A stretch of DNA of 64,000 nucleotides from Candidatus Bathyarchaeota archaeon. Lineage in GTDB: Archaea > Thermoproteota > Bathyarchaeia > 40CM-2-53-6. Shown one piece after another: positions 40,546 to 50,019 of this stretch (the stretch's first letter is position 1; each line of letters opens with the position of its first letter). The translations under genes were made by a program, and so were the position numbers. The notes under the pieces were generated by a model. That model did no database searches, was not told the origin of the DNA, and saw only the letters and a program-made list of their open reading frames with translations. The DNA is taken from contig CAVPLU010000014.1 of assembly GCA_963706285.1 (NCBI GenBank), positions 32,211 to 96,210 of the forward strand, read 5' to 3'.

Positions 40546-40715
40546 CGGAGTAGCAAAGGATTTCCTTTGCGGCGACGATAGGGTTCAAGTAACAAAGGTA
40601 GAGATTGCTGCGAAGCGTATTCCACTGAACCCCCGCTGCCGTTAGTAACCCACTTATCTTTCTCATGTTATGAGCGTCGGATTCATTGTCAGAGCTGCTT
40701 AGCAGGAGTCCAGTG

Positions 40716-41117
40716 ATGAACATGATCAGTAACACATGTCTCGAGAACAGATGCATCAAATGCTGTCTGAATACGGAGATGCCACTGAGCAGTTCAGATA
40801 TCGTCCGGATAGAGAAGCTCGGTTTCTCTGACGATTCCTTCATCGTGAAGGAAGATGGGAACCGGATTCTCAAGAATCTGTCAGGAAGGTGTGTCTTTCA
40901 CAATGGCCAACGATGCACGATCTATGATGATAGGCCTGAAGGCTGTCAGCTTTACCCAGTCATCCTCGATGAAGACGTGGGAGAGGCGATTCTCGATTCA
41001 TACTGCCCACATCACGAGAATTTCCAGCTGACGCCAACCATCTCACGAGACGTAATCGAACTGGTTCAAAAGGTAGATGCAGAGAAGAAGAGACGACTCA
41101 TCTCCGGGGAACACTGA
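40716..41117 (+). CDS. YkgJ/UPF0153 cysteine-cluster protein
   Basis: C...C.KCC, CVF....CTIYDDRPEGC.LYP, CP. Confidence 0.88.
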   Translation: MNMISNTCLENRCIKCCLNTEMPLSSSDIVRIEKLGFSDDSFIVKEDGNRILKNLSGRCVFHNGQRCTIYDDRPEGCQLYPVILDEDVGEAILDSYCPHHENFQLTPTISRDVIELVQKVDAEKKRRLISGEH

Positions 41118-41279
41118 ACGTCGAGGCGTCTGAGCTACTCAGGCATTCGCCGGTGTTCCGTGACCGACATTGTCTGCTAGACAATGAGCCTTGACTAGCG
41201 TCGTATGCGTTTGCCCGATGGTGAGGCAGGTTAAAAATGGACAGTTGAGTTGTCTCCTTTGTAGGATAGGCAGTTTGGA

Positions 41280-41582
41280 TTGGGAAAGAGAAGGGTCCTT
41301 TCAGAGGGAGACATTAACCAACTTGTTCTTCCAGGAATGGGTCAGTTGCTTGGGATTGTAACCCAAATGTTCGGGTACGATCGGATAATGGTGAAGTGTT
41401 CAGACGGAGCCGACCGAGTCTGTCGTATTAGAGGCAAGATGAAGAGGCGGGTCTGGATCAAGAATGGCGATGTGGTTCTTGTTGCCCCTTGGGATTTCCA
41501 AGCAAGTCGTGCGGACGTGATCTGGCGTTACACACAGAATCAAGCGCAGGTACTTCACAGCAAGGGCATTCTTACGATGTAG
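41280..41582 (+). CDS. eif1A: Translation initiation factor aIF-1A
   Basis: C.DG..R.CRIRGKMKRRVWI..GDVVLV.PWDFQ...D..WRY. Confidence 0.96.
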   Translation: MGKRRVLSEGDINQLVLPGMGQLLGIVTQMFGYDRIMVKCSDGADRVCRIRGKMKRRVWIKNGDVVLVAPWDFQASRADVIWRYTQNQAQVLHSKGILTM

Positions 41583-41772
41583 CTCAATACTGGAATTCTC
41601 CTAGCCAGCAGTACCTGTGCAAAGTTGCACTTGGAAGAGAGAGGCCATTGAGTGGCCTTCGCTTGTTTACATTCATGACAAAAATCAGTACAGTCGTTCG
41701 ACGACATAAGAAAAGAGAGAGCGGAATTCACACGAGATCGCTCCGCTGGGCGGGTGCGGCCTACTGTCGCAG

Positions 41773-42096
41773 CTAGGCTGCTTTTGTCACCGTGATCTCC
41801 ATCGTTGAGACGTTTCGCACTTGTCCTTCCTCGCCCAACTGCTCGGTTCCGATGGTGATTTTCTTGACGTGAAGCTTGCCTTCGAAGAATCGTCTTCTGC
41901 ACACTTCAACGACATCAACGGCTGCAGATATGGCTCGCCCTCTCGCTTTGATTGTTACATCACCGCTGCCGCTGGTGAATTGCATCAAGATGGCTGTAAC
42001 GTAGGCCATGATGGGTTTTTGTCCGATGAAGATGGTGCTCGAGGGGATTCCACTCTGGGTAGGAGGGGTTGGCGTAACTTTCTGTTGTTCTGTCAT
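41773..42096 (-). CDS. albA: DNA/RNA-binding protein Alba
   Basis: IFIG.KP.MAYV.A, IKARGRAIS.AVDV, IGTE, VST.EI. Confidence 0.95.
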   Translation of the reverse strand: MTEQQKVTPTPPTQSGIPSSTIFIGQKPIMAYVTAILMQFTSGSGDVTIKARGRAISAAVDVVEVCRRRFFEGKLHVKKITIGTEQLGEEGQVRNVSTMEITVTKAA

Positions 42097-42483
42097 GTTC
42101 TGTTCACCACTTTTTGCTTCTGTTACACATTGGATGGGACAGACGGTCCGAATCCACTGTATACGCCCATGGATACCCTTTCCATCCACTTAAGTATCCT
42201 TAGAACAGCCAGAAGTGCACGACGCCGACATCGAAGGCCAGCTAAGGGTCTTACCTTCAACGTCATTTGACACTTTATTGTCTCGGTAACACGTGCCTGA
42301 TTCTTGGCAGGTCTTTGGAAAGACTTGAACCATGGGTCACAACTCTTAGAAAAGAGAAACAAGATCATGAATTCGTGAAGCATTTCCAGAAACTCTGCGA
42401 ATTGACCGTAGCTCATATGAAAGAGGCTTCACACAAATAGCCATAGAGTGTAGTGCACATGGAAGGACATAGGGGTAGCATGA

Positions 42484-43596
42484 ATGACTAATCGTATAGG
42501 ATCCTTGACCGTCAATGAACTTCTAACTCAGCCTGTGGTCCTGTCGCCGACAGAACCTGTCCACAAGGCAATCGGCCTCTTCGAGAAGGCGAAGGCGTAC
42601 GAGATCTTCGTTGTCGAGAAAAACGAAGTGATTGGCATCCTGACGATTCGAGATCTTCTGAGAGCCAAGAGCGTGGCGGGTAGCAAGATCTCTTCGCTGA
42701 TAACACGCGTCCAACATCTCTCCGAAAACGACACCGTGAGCGCTGCTGCAGGAATCATGATCAACTATAGAGTAAGAGCAGTGCCGATAATGAGAGATCG
42801 TAAGCTCATCGGTCAGATAACCAGTGCATCGATTTGTGATAAGCTCTCGCAGGAACGGAAACTGAACGTGCCCGCGTCAGGAGTTATGACCTCTAATCCA
42901 ATCTCCATACGAGAAAATGACTCTGCTGCAAAAGCAAGGAACTTGATGATTCAGAAGAATATTGACCATCTCCCCGCTCTTCGGGAACGGGAGATCGCCG
43001 GAGTCATAACATCCGATGCCATAGTCTATACGATGGCTCCATCCGAGAGCATCACACCAGAGTCTATCACAAGCGAAAAGCAAGCACGACTCGACGTGGA
43101 AGTATCAGGGCTAATGTCGGAACCGGTGATATCTGCGCCTGATGCGGACGTCTGCCAAGTCATCGAGCTGATGAGAAAAAGAGGAACAACATACTCACTA
43201 GTTGCCTTATGGGGGGAACTCCAAGGCATAATAACTTACAGAGACTGCGTCAAACTCCTAACAGAACCTGAGAAAGCATCTCTCCCAATAGTCATTGTTG
43301 GACTGCCCGAAGATCCTTTCGAAGCAGCAGCAGCCAGGACGAAGTTTGAGACCGTCGTGAAACGAATAGCAAAAAGCCTTCCGGACCTGCTCGAAGCGAG
43401 ATCGGTGATCAAGACCTCCGAAAAGGCCGGCCAAAGGCATCGATACGAGGTCGGAGTCGAACTGATCACGGCAAGGAAGACGACATCATTCAGCGCGTCA
43501 GGCTGGAGCCTTCCAGAATTGTACGATGGACTCTCGGACAAGATGAAGAGAGTGACCACGAAGAAACCCACACGTCCAAAAAGAAGACTCGACTAG
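42484..43596 (+). CDS. Four-CBS-domain protein with C-terminal HPF/RaiA-like domain
   Basis: Two CBS pairs, then an about 100-aa domain (IVIVGL, helix, RYEVGVELIT, SASGWSLPELYD, helix) and a basic tail. Confidence 0.75.
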   Translation: MTNRIGSLTVNELLTQPVVLSPTEPVHKAIGLFEKAKAYEIFVVEKNEVIGILTIRDLLRAKSVAGSKISSLITRVQHLSENDTVSAAAGIMINYRVRAVPIMRDRKLIGQITSASICDKLSQERKLNVPASGVMTSNPISIRENDSAAKARNLMIQKNIDHLPALREREIAGVITSDAIVYTMAPSESITPESITSEKQARLDVEVSGLMSEPVISAPDADVCQVIELMRKRGTTYSLVALWGELQGIITYRDCVKLLTEPEKASLPIVIVGLPEDPFEAAAARTKFETVVKRIAKSLPDLLEARSVIKTSEKAGQRHRYEVGVELITARKTTSFSASGWSLPELYDGLSDKMKRVTTKKPTRPKRRLD

Positions 43597-43603
43597 ACAG
43601 TCG

Positions 43604-43629
43604 CAGCACAGACAGGCCTGTCTGTGCTG
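43604..43629. terminator. Perfect 26-bp palindrome between convergent genes
   Basis: CAGCACAGACAGG|CCTGTCTGTGCTG; probable bidirectional terminator or RNA stabiliser. Confidence 0.55.
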
Positions 43630-43644
43630 TCTCTCTTGCTCCAA

Positions 43645-43968
43645 CTAGAAAGGCAATCTCTTCTTCACTAACACATCTGAGCCTTGCAGCTGGACCTCGT
43701 AGATGGTCGCGTCGATCTTGGGAGGTGGGCCGACAACCTTGCCTGTTGCTATGTCGAAGCGTCCATGGTGGCATGGGCATATGATGGTCGAATCTTCGAT
43801 CTCTCCATCACTCAGCGAGCAGCTTCTGTGCGTGCACGTGTCACCTATCACATAGATCTTTCCGGAAAGGTTCGCGACCATTACGTCATCATCGCTCACT
43901 CTGACTCTCTTTTTTGATCCCGCCGGGAAGGTGTCGAGTGATCCGATCTTGACGAATTCTCCGTTCAT
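43645..43968 (-). CDS. Rieske-type [2Fe-2S] ferredoxin
   Basis: CTH...L and CPCHHGRFD. Confidence 0.92.
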   Translation of the reverse strand: MNGEFVKIGSLDTFPAGSKKRVRVSDDDVMVANLSGKIYVIGDTCTHRSCSLSDGEIEDSTIICPCHHGRFDIATGKVVGPPPKIDATIYEVQLQGSDVLVKKRLPF

Positions 43969-44024
43969 TTTGCTTCTCCTTGAATCCTGGGCGCTATTAG
44001 CTGCGTTGAATGGTTCTTATCCTT

Positions 44025-45518
44025 TCAGGTCGCAAGGTTAGGGCCTAGAGGTAGCTTCTCGATGCCATGTTTCTTCATAATTCGCTTTGCGACGTCATCA
44101 AGTCTTTTCTCGATTTCTGATGGTAGCGGCTCGGACTCGTGATCTCTGACTATCTTCTCAACGGCTTCTCTTGCTCTTTGATAGCTGTCCTTTGATCCTA
44201 GCTTCTTCCAAAGACTGAGTTCTCTTCTATCAACGACATCTGATGGATTGAAGATTTCTTTGCTGAGCCACTCCATCGTATGTTTCTGGGCTAGGTAGTG
44301 TCCTCCGGCGCCGACCTTTCTGATCAGATCAACACCTAGAGTCTGATCATTCACTTCAATGCCCCTCACAAGCCTCAAAGCCATTCCGCAGATGGCATCG
44401 TCTATCACGAGTTTCTCAAAGCTCTGGCAATTCTCGAAATCCAGCATCCCCGGCCCTGAGATCATGTTTATTCCGGCAAGTGCGCCCAGAGTGATACCTA
44501 TTCCAGATTCAAACCCGGCTTGAGCATCAACAGTCTTCGAGTCACTCAAACCTAGGTACATGTGGGTTGGGAGGCCGTAGTATTTTCCGATCTGCGCGTA
44601 GGCGCATCCCATCATGATGGTTTCCATAGCGCCAAGTCGCGCTGTTAGATAGCGCATGTCGAATGTTGTCGGTGACCCTCCATAGATCACCGGCGCCCCA
44701 GGCTTAGCGAGCTGTGACACAACCAGACCGCTGAGGAACTCTGCGTTCAATTGAACGAGCGAGCCAGCAAGCGTTACTGGTCCCGTTGCGCCAAGCTGCG
44801 GCATCGGAAGTATCTCAGCCGGTATCCCGTATTTCGCGCAGTCGATTAGGTTCTGGATTATGAAATCTCCCCACTTCAGTGGGGCTGATGGGCAGAGATC
44901 AAAGATTGCCATGGGTTTTCGTGCGAGTTCCCTTTCGTCTCCAACAATCGCGGCAAGCATGTCTTTCATATCGTACAAGCCGTCTATGCTGAATGTGCCG
45001 GTGACTATCGTCTTCGGCGAGTTCCTAAGAACGACGTAGAGTCGATATCGATCAACAATTGCTTCGGGAACATCTGAGACAACGAGTGCGGTGCTCTGAG
45101 CTTCTATGTGCTCTAGAGCGTCTGCTAGTCGCACGAAATTGGCTAGGTCCTCAGATACGGGTCTTCTGATCTCTCCTGTTTTCGAATCTAGCAGAAGGAG
45201 CGCTGCTGAACCCGGGTCGTAGTGAACCTTGTTGCCTTCAAGCAGCAAGTCATGCTTGCCGTCACGGCTGTACAATCTTATTGTTGAAGGTGCCTTCACC
45301 AATGATTCCTTTGCCAAATGCTGGGGAATCCGCACGGTCTTCTTTTTCGGGTCAACATCTGCTCCAGCATCGGTCAACAGCCTCAGAGCCGTCTCGTTCT
45401 GAATGATTACGCCAATTTCTTCCAGGATTTTCAGCGAAGAAAGATGTATGGTCTCAACTTGTTCTCTTGATAGCAGCTGTAACCATGGGTTGTTTGAGTA
45501 CGAGAATTTCGTCATCAC
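44025..45518 (-). CDS. MttB-superfamily methyltransferase, non-pyrrolysine
   Basis: IH..SL.ILEEIG, GATGPVTLAG, YGLP, GLSDSK..DAQAG.E, GGHYL; no in-frame TAG. Confidence 0.9.
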   Translation of the reverse strand: MMTKFSYSNNPWLQLLSREQVETIHLSSLKILEEIGVIIQNETALRLLTDAGADVDPKKKTVRIPQHLAKESLVKAPSTIRLYSRDGKHDLLLEGNKVHYDPGSAALLLLDSKTGEIRRPVSEDLANFVRLADALEHIEAQSTALVVSDVPEAIVDRYRLYVVLRNSPKTIVTGTFSIDGLYDMKDMLAAIVGDERELARKPMAIFDLCPSAPLKWGDFIIQNLIDCAKYGIPAEILPMPQLGATGPVTLAGSLVQLNAEFLSGLVVSQLAKPGAPVIYGGSPTTFDMRYLTARLGAMETIMMGCAYAQIGKYYGLPTHMYLGLSDSKTVDAQAGFESGIGITLGALAGINMISGPGMLDFENCQSFEKLVIDDAICGMALRLVRGIEVNDQTLGVDLIRKVGAGGHYLAQKHTMEWLSKEIFNPSDVVDRRELSLWKKLGSKDSYQRAREAVEKIVRDHESEPLPSEIEKRLDDVAKRIMKKHGIEKLPLGPNLAT

Positions 45519-45578
45519 AGCGATCTCCTTCCAAATATCACGGTTCAGGAAGGGTAAGAAGCTCTGCTGTTCTTGTGT

Positions 45579-47942
45579 TTAAAGCAGCACGCTGTTTGCG
45601 AACTTCTGGTTGACCCTGAGCCTCTCCAACCCTGCCCTAATTCCGTTCTCTGCTTCTGGCACCGTATTCTCAACAAAGTATCTTTCAACTTCTTCAACCC
45701 TCCCGATCCCAAGAATAGGGATGCAAGATTGGAAAAACCGAGAAAGAGTGCCAGTGCCCTCATAGGTTTCCCTCAGGCGTGACATGTTGAACTTGATCCA
45801 CGCCCACGCCGTGTCCTTCGCAGCGGGATTTCTCGTAACCGCTTCGATCAGTATTATCTGATCCTGTCTCTTTATCTCGCCCTTTTCAGCCAGTTCCAGT
45901 GATTGCGAAATCAGCTTCGGTTCCTTGAACGTAGCCATCGAAACGAGCAGTCTGACTTTCTCCTCATTGGAAGTGCTCTCACTGTACTTCTTGGCAATGG
46001 CTTCGAAATTGCCGTAAGCTCTCGCATATCCAATGGCAACCGCCTGTTTCATGTCCGGCTCGACTCCTCCATAGTTGGCAAACCTCGAACCTAGCTTAGC
46101 TGCAAAGTCTTCATCCACCACGGCAAGTCTGGCTGAGACAATGCCCCGCATCATAGAGCTAGTCTCATCGACCTTGTCCTCAAGAAGTCCAAGCTGCGCT
46201 CTGTGAAATTGTCTGGAAACATCAATGATTTTCGAACCCAGGATTGAGTGAAGCGATGCAAGCTGATCTGAGACTTCGCGTGCAGGCAGGTAATCTTGCT
46301 CTTTCAAGTACCTCTTGATGAATGCCAGGTAGTCTGCAAACGATATCTTCCCTGCGAGAAGGAAGGCGATCGCGTCGAACACCATGCCCCATCTGTCAAC
46401 TGCTGATGGTTCGTTCTCCAAAACGACGTCGCCAAGTTCCTTGTATTGTACTCTGTAGAAGCCTGTCCGGTCGGGGTTAAGCTGCAATGACTTCAAGTTC
46501 TCGAAGTTGATTGTCTCTTCTTCTTTGTTCAAAAGTAGCCTTCTAGATTGGCCGTTGATTTTCATGGTGATGGGAATAGGCCAGATCGTCTTCTTTTCGT
46601 GATTGCCTGAAAGAAGAAACCTTTCCTGTCTCAGTATTATCCGCCCCTGATCGATCGTTACGCTTACCACCGGGTGTCCGGGTTTGCCTATCCATTCGGT
46701 CATTATCCTCGCAACTTCTCTCCCAGAGGATTCGTCCAGCGAATTCCAGAGATCAATTCCGGTTGCATTCGAGAACTTGTAGCGTTCGAGATAGTTTTGC
46801 ACTCCCTTCCTGAAGTCCTCAACTCCCGTGTACGCTTCGATCATTCTGAGTATGCTTGCGCCTTTTCCGTAGGTTATTGCGTCGAATATCTGCTGAATGT
46901 CACTCGGAGACTTGACATTTGCTTCTATTGCATGTGTGTTCATGAGGGAGTCCATGTTCATGGACAATGATGTCTCATTTGTTAGAAAATCATGCCAAGA
47001 GTTCCATTTTGGAAACGTTGTGTCCAACACTTTGTATCCCATGAGCGTAGCGAAACTCTCGTTTAGCCAGAGATCGTTCCACCATTTCATAGTGACAAGG
47101 TTTCCAAACCATTGGTGCGCCAGTTCGTGAGACACGATCCTAGCAACACCCTTCTTCGTACCAAAACTGCTGTTCTGATCTACATAGAGCGCCGTTTCCC
47201 TGAACGTTACTGCGCCCCAGTTCTCCATCGCGCCGGCAGCGAATTCTGGCACACCTATGAGGTGCAGTTTGGGAAGCATGAATGGTATGCCGAAATATGT
47301 CTCGTAGAAATCCAAAGACTTCTTGGCAACATCTAGAGCGAATTCCCCATTGTGCGCTTTGCCAGGAGTTCCCGCTACCAGTACGTCTATGTTGCCAAGT
47401 TTCTGCTTGATCTCTTGAAATCGACCTATCCCCAAATAGAGGAGGTAAGTCGACATCTTCGGTGTGACCTGAAACGTAACTACTTTCTTTCCATTTTCCA
47501 TCTTCACCGATTCGATGGGAGTGTTTGATATCGCGTCTAACTCCCTATCGATCCTGACAGTAAGTTTGAATTCTGCCTTGCATGCGGGCTGGTCAACGCA
47601 CGGGAGCAATCTCCTTGCGTTGGCAGGCTCAAAATCAGTAGTCACGACGTATGTCTCATCATAAGGCGCCCTGTAGATGCCGACCAAGTCGTCTGGAATC
47701 GATCCGGAATATCGGATTTCTAGCCGGCCCTTGAAATGCCCGCTCCTCACCAGCAGGCTATCGCCTTTTTCCTCGAAATCAAATGTCTTTCCATTGCTCG
47801 ACACATTTGAGACGAGCAGTCCGACGGAATCCAGGACAACATCTTCCCCGGACTCGAAGGTTATGAACAATTTTCCTTCGAATCGAAGATCCTTGAAGAA
47901 CACATCGAGAAACAGATCGTATCGTTCTACATCTGCCACCAT
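45579..47942 (-). CDS. M1 aminopeptidase (tricorn-interacting factor F2/F3-like)
   Basis: GAMENWG, HELAHQWFGN, LWLNESFA, YGKGA; ERAP-like C-terminus. Confidence 0.93.
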   Translation of the reverse strand: MVADVERYDLFLDVFFKDLRFEGKLFITFESGEDVVLDSVGLLVSNVSSNGKTFDFEEKGDSLLVRSGHFKGRLEIRYSGSIPDDLVGIYRAPYDETYVVTTDFEPANARRLLPCVDQPACKAEFKLTVRIDRELDAISNTPIESVKMENGKKVVTFQVTPKMSTYLLYLGIGRFQEIKQKLGNIDVLVAGTPGKAHNGEFALDVAKKSLDFYETYFGIPFMLPKLHLIGVPEFAAGAMENWGAVTFRETALYVDQNSSFGTKKGVARIVSHELAHQWFGNLVTMKWWNDLWLNESFATLMGYKVLDTTFPKWNSWHDFLTNETSLSMNMDSLMNTHAIEANVKSPSDIQQIFDAITYGKGASILRMIEAYTGVEDFRKGVQNYLERYKFSNATGIDLWNSLDESSGREVARIMTEWIGKPGHPVVSVTIDQGRIILRQERFLLSGNHEKKTIWPIPITMKINGQSRRLLLNKEEETINFENLKSLQLNPDRTGFYRVQYKELGDVVLENEPSAVDRWGMVFDAIAFLLAGKISFADYLAFIKRYLKEQDYLPAREVSDQLASLHSILGSKIIDVSRQFHRAQLGLLEDKVDETSSMMRGIVSARLAVVDEDFAAKLGSRFANYGGVEPDMKQAVAIGYARAYGNFEAIAKKYSESTSNEEKVRLLVSMATFKEPKLISQSLELAEKGEIKRQDQIILIEAVTRNPAAKDTAWAWIKFNMSRLRETYEGTGTLSRFFQSCIPILGIGRVEEVERYFVENTVPEAENGIRAGLERLRVNQKFANSVLL

Positions 47943-48119
47943 GCCCTCAGCCAGCATCGACTTGTTGCCCTTTCGCGGCTCCACACTGCCTAGAAAGATT
48001 TCCGTGTGACATGTTTTGGTACGGTCTCGTCCAAAGGAGCCCAAAATGAGCCTGATATTGACGACCATTGGGGAAAAGCGCTAAGTATTTCAAGAATCTC
48101 TGCCCCAAACGGCGGAATA

Positions 48120-49991
48120 TTGATCCCTACCCCAGCCGCAACATTGGCCAGTCAACCAGCGACCAGCAATAGGAATCCGCGTGCCCGTCCGCTGGACCTG
48201 GATATGCTGTACCTCACACGTTCCATCCTGTCATTTCGTTGGTCTTCCGATGGAAACCAGATCTACTTTGATTCTAACACTACGGGTCGATTCAACATTT
48301 GGCGTGTTTCTTCCTGGGGAGGCTTACCCGCCCAGATTACCATCTCCGATGAGAGAACATTGCTGAAGGATCCGTCGCCAGACGGACGCTTCCTGCTCTA
48401 CAAGCAAGACATCGGCGGAGATGAGAAACCGAACCTTTTCCTCGTCGACCTCAGAAGTGGCGCTGTCCGCAACATCACGAACACCGAGAAAGTGGGCTAC
48501 AGGGATATGCGTTGGTCCCCCGATGGGAAAGCAATTGCCTGCGCAGCAGAACGCGAAAAACCGGGAGCCTACTCGATATTCAAAATTGAAGCAGAAACGG
48601 CAGCATTCACAAAGATCCTAGGAAACGACAATGGAGAATGTGCGTCAATCCAGTGGAGCCGGGACGGACGCAAGCTCGCATTCACAAGAACCAGAAACTA
48701 CCAACATGCTGGAGTAAGTGTCTTTGATCTTGAGACCAAGAAAGAAGAAGTTCTCACTCCGATAGATAGAGAATCCACGAATATCACAATGGGATGGACG
48801 CTCGACAACAAGAGAATCTACGTTAACTCCAACGCGAACGACCAGGGCACCGACGCCGTTGCTCTACTTGGATTAGACGGGAAAGGATACGAATGGTTGA
48901 CCCTCGGAGCTTGGGAGAGTTACCTTTGCGATTCCTCTTCAACAGAGAATTGTTACGTCTATGTTCGCAATGAAGCGGGCAATCACCGTATCTTTCTAAG
49001 AACTTTGAGTGGCGATGAAACGGAGATCCCGCTCCCGAGCGGAGTAGTCAAAATGGCTAGTTTCTCTCCAGATGGCAAAGAGGTCGGAGTACTCCACGCG
49101 TCAGCTGACCGCCCGAACGAGATTTGGATCTATGACATAGCCGCTCAAACACTGCTACAAATAACCGATTCACTTGTTGGGGGCCTTGATCAAGAGAATT
49201 TTGTGCAGCCACAGCTTGTTGTCTATCCGTCATTCGACACTACGCCCATAGCTTCATTCCTATACTTGCCGGCTAACATCAAGCGGGACGGCTCGCATCC
49301 TGCCATCGTCATCCCTCACGGTGGACCTACTTGGCAACACATGAACGACTGGTTTCCCAGCATACAGTATTTCGTGAGCCATGGTTTCGTTGTTGTTGCG
49401 CCAAACTACCGCGGATCAACTGGCTTTGGGCGTGAATTCATGGAAGCCAACAGAGGTGATTGCGGTGGTGGCGACCTACGCGACTGCGTTGCCGCAGTCG
49501 ATTTCCTGAAAGAGACGGGTTATGTGGATTCGCATCAGATCGCGTTCATGGGCGCCTCTTACGGAGGTTATCTTACGCTCATGGCAGTCACCAAGTTTCC
49601 TAGCTTATGGGCAGCTGGAGCCGCGTTCGTCCCCTTCGCCAACTGGTTCACTGCCTATGAGAATGAGGATCCCGTTCTGCAGGCCATTGATGAATGGCTT
49701 ATGGGGAATCCAACGAAGCACAGTGAATTGTGGCGTGACCGCTCTCCGGTTTTCTTTGCAGATCAAATCAGAGCACCTTTGCTTATGCTGGGCGGGGCGA
49801 ACGACATCAATTGTCCAGCAGAGGAAATCCAACAGATGGCAGATGCGGTGCGTCAGAAGGGTGGATCAGTAGAGTTCAAGATCTACGAGAATGAGGGTCA
49901 TGAGTTCACGCGCAGAGAAAACGAAATCGATGCTCACAGAAGAGCTGCAGATTTCCTACTAGAGCACCTGCGCAAGATAAAGACGGCTTGA
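48120..49991 (+). CDS. S9 family peptidase (acylaminoacyl-peptidase-like)
   Basis: SPDG beta-propeller repeats, HGGP, NYRGSTGFG, GASYGG nucleophile, ND, EGH; start uncertain. Confidence 0.92.
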   Translation: MIPTPAATLASQPATSNRNPRARPLDLDMLYLTRSILSFRWSSDGNQIYFDSNTTGRFNIWRVSSWGGLPAQITISDERTLLKDPSPDGRFLLYKQDIGGDEKPNLFLVDLRSGAVRNITNTEKVGYRDMRWSPDGKAIACAAEREKPGAYSIFKIEAETAAFTKILGNDNGECASIQWSRDGRKLAFTRTRNYQHAGVSVFDLETKKEEVLTPIDRESTNITMGWTLDNKRIYVNSNANDQGTDAVALLGLDGKGYEWLTLGAWESYLCDSSSTENCYVYVRNEAGNHRIFLRTLSGDETEIPLPSGVVKMASFSPDGKEVGVLHASADRPNEIWIYDIAAQTLLQITDSLVGGLDQENFVQPQLVVYPSFDTTPIASFLYLPANIKRDGSHPAIVIPHGGPTWQHMNDWFPSIQYFVSHGFVVVAPNYRGSTGFGREFMEANRGDCGGGDLRDCVAAVDFLKETGYVDSHQIAFMGASYGGYLTLMAVTKFPSLWAAGAAFVPFANWFTAYENEDPVLQAIDEWLMGNPTKHSELWRDRSPVFFADQIRAPLLMLGGANDINCPAEEIQQMADAVRQKGGSVEFKIYENEGHEFTRRENEIDAHRRAADFLLEHLRKIKTA

Positions 49992-50019
49992 ACCCCAGCT
50001 TCTCTGAGAAAGATCCGAC

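Noticed and set aside
44025-45518. Pyrrolysine recoding in MttB
   Set aside because: ORF is uninterrupted with no in-frame TAG
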